Part shown: positions 62,968 through 64,000 of the stretch, one piece after another
How positions within the stretch are numbered: position 1 is the stretch's first letter
Layout of the letters: every line of letters starts with the position of its first letter
Assembly: GCF_008831285.2 (NCBI RefSeq)
Contig: NC_045138.2
Coordinates: 5,456,001-5,520,000, forward strand
DNA: 64,000 nucleotides
Reading direction: 5' to 3'
Source: Nymphaea colorata
Taxonomy: Eukaryota
Notes under the pieces: model-generated
Seen by the model: the letters and a program-made list of their open reading frames with translations, nothing else
What the model was told of the DNA's origin: nothing
Databases searched by the model: none
Made by a program: the position numbers and the translations under genes

Positions 62968-64000
62968 ATGAACAGAGTAGAATACGAAACTGGCTCTAAG
63001 AAAACATTTGTCTTCGGACAAAAATGCCAAATGATTGAAACAAACTTAGATAGGAAATTTCTAGAATTAAACCAGAATGACATGTATCTAATATTAGACG
63101 AAGAAAAAATGAATACAGAAACAGTGCTAGAAAGAATAAAAAAGACTAAACGAAGAAATAAGCCTAAAAAAGAAAAGATACGGCAATATGAAGGTTTACC
63201 CTGCGATACACCACAGTCGGTGCAAGGTTGCCCAGCGTATCTGGAAGATAAAATGGACAAAATAATAAATTTACTAGAAAAGCTTGTGGAAAAACTCGAC
63301 CAGCAATTTGAAAAAAGAAATGAAAAATTAGATAAGGTAAATGAAGAGGAAATTAACATGTTAGAAACAAATAGTCTTCAAAAAATAGAAATAGGTAGTG
63401 AAATCGAAACAGAAAACTATGAACCAAGTATAACATATACTAAATTAATGGATCAAGGACAAAACATGGAAATAAATGTGAATACAACACCCAAATAAGG
63501 AATTAAAATCAAAGAGGAATATCCAGCAGGTTCAAGAACTCACAAAGGAAATCCAAATAGGAATAGACATTAAGATGACTATAGTAAAAATGAACGATGG
63601 GAAAGAATTTGGAAATCTAGACTAAAAAACAAAATAGAAGAAAAAGAATGAAAACAAGGAATATTAAATCTAGATAACACATAATGTTATTACAAATCTG
63701 GAAAGCTGAAATGATCAAGCACATTACAGGAATCAAAATAGAATTAAAAAATGTACCAACATATATATTGAAAATTCATTTATAGGAAACATATATTTAT
63801 GGTTTGATCAGCTACCAAACTCTTCAAAAGAATCTTTATGAGCAGAAACTGATAGTAAAGGAACAACAACAACGAATCCTTTAGAGATATTAGAAAAATA
63901 TCTAGAATCAATTAAAGCAGAATTCTCACATTTGAATATCGAAAAAATATATGAAGACCAAATTAAAGTAACTGCTAGACAAAACATACTGCATCTAACA
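62968..64000 (+). pseudogene. Viral coat-protein-like ORF1, decayed and partial
   Basis: A 176-aa open K/E-rich N-terminus is followed by broken frames reading GILNLDN, LQIWKAEM, FIGNIYLWFDQL and LEKYLESIKAEF, typical of caulimovirid capsid proteins. There are stops (e.g. 63496) and frameshifts. Confidence 0.7.

Larger units (their letters stand above)
60733..64000. mobile_element. Endogenous pararetrovirus (Caulimoviridae, Solendovirus/TVCV-like), rearranged and decayed; continues past window end
   Basis: The coding strand is very A-rich. It contains an RNase H C-terminus, ORF4/transactivator-like pieces, an intergenic region with TATA and poly(A) signals, and a coat-protein-like ORF (see sub-features). 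Confidence 0.85.

Noticed and set aside
60733..64000. Interpretation as a Ty3/Gypsy retrotransposon
   Set aside because: The RNase H ends in a stop with no integrase following, no LTR termini were seen, and the gene order and A-rich bias fit a caulimovirid.

Overview
This is AT-rich plant (angiosperm) nuclear DNA from a defence/specialised-metabolism region. From left to right it holds the end of a PIF/Harbinger element, an intact CC-NBS-LRR immune receptor gene (6326-10156, -), an intact 7-exon theta-class glutathione S-transferase (14057-19034, -), an orphan UAP56-like helicase exon, and a 3.8-kb non-autonomous Harbinger element with an internal 958-bp duplication. Next comes a tandem array of five two-exon CYP82-family cytochrome P450 copies (about 31.9-60.7 kb, +). 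Copies 1-4 each carry disabling lesions, and a Copia/LTR/LINE/MITE cluster lies between copies 4 and 5. Copy 5 has an open exon 1, but its intron is interrupted about 62 nt in by a rearranged endogenous pararetrovirus (Caulimoviridae, Solendovirus/TVCV-like) that runs off the window end. This viral insert contains a foldback inversion that points a viral TATA promoter antisense into the P450 exon. All protein-family assignments come from motifs read by eye and from recalled family sequences; no database search was run.
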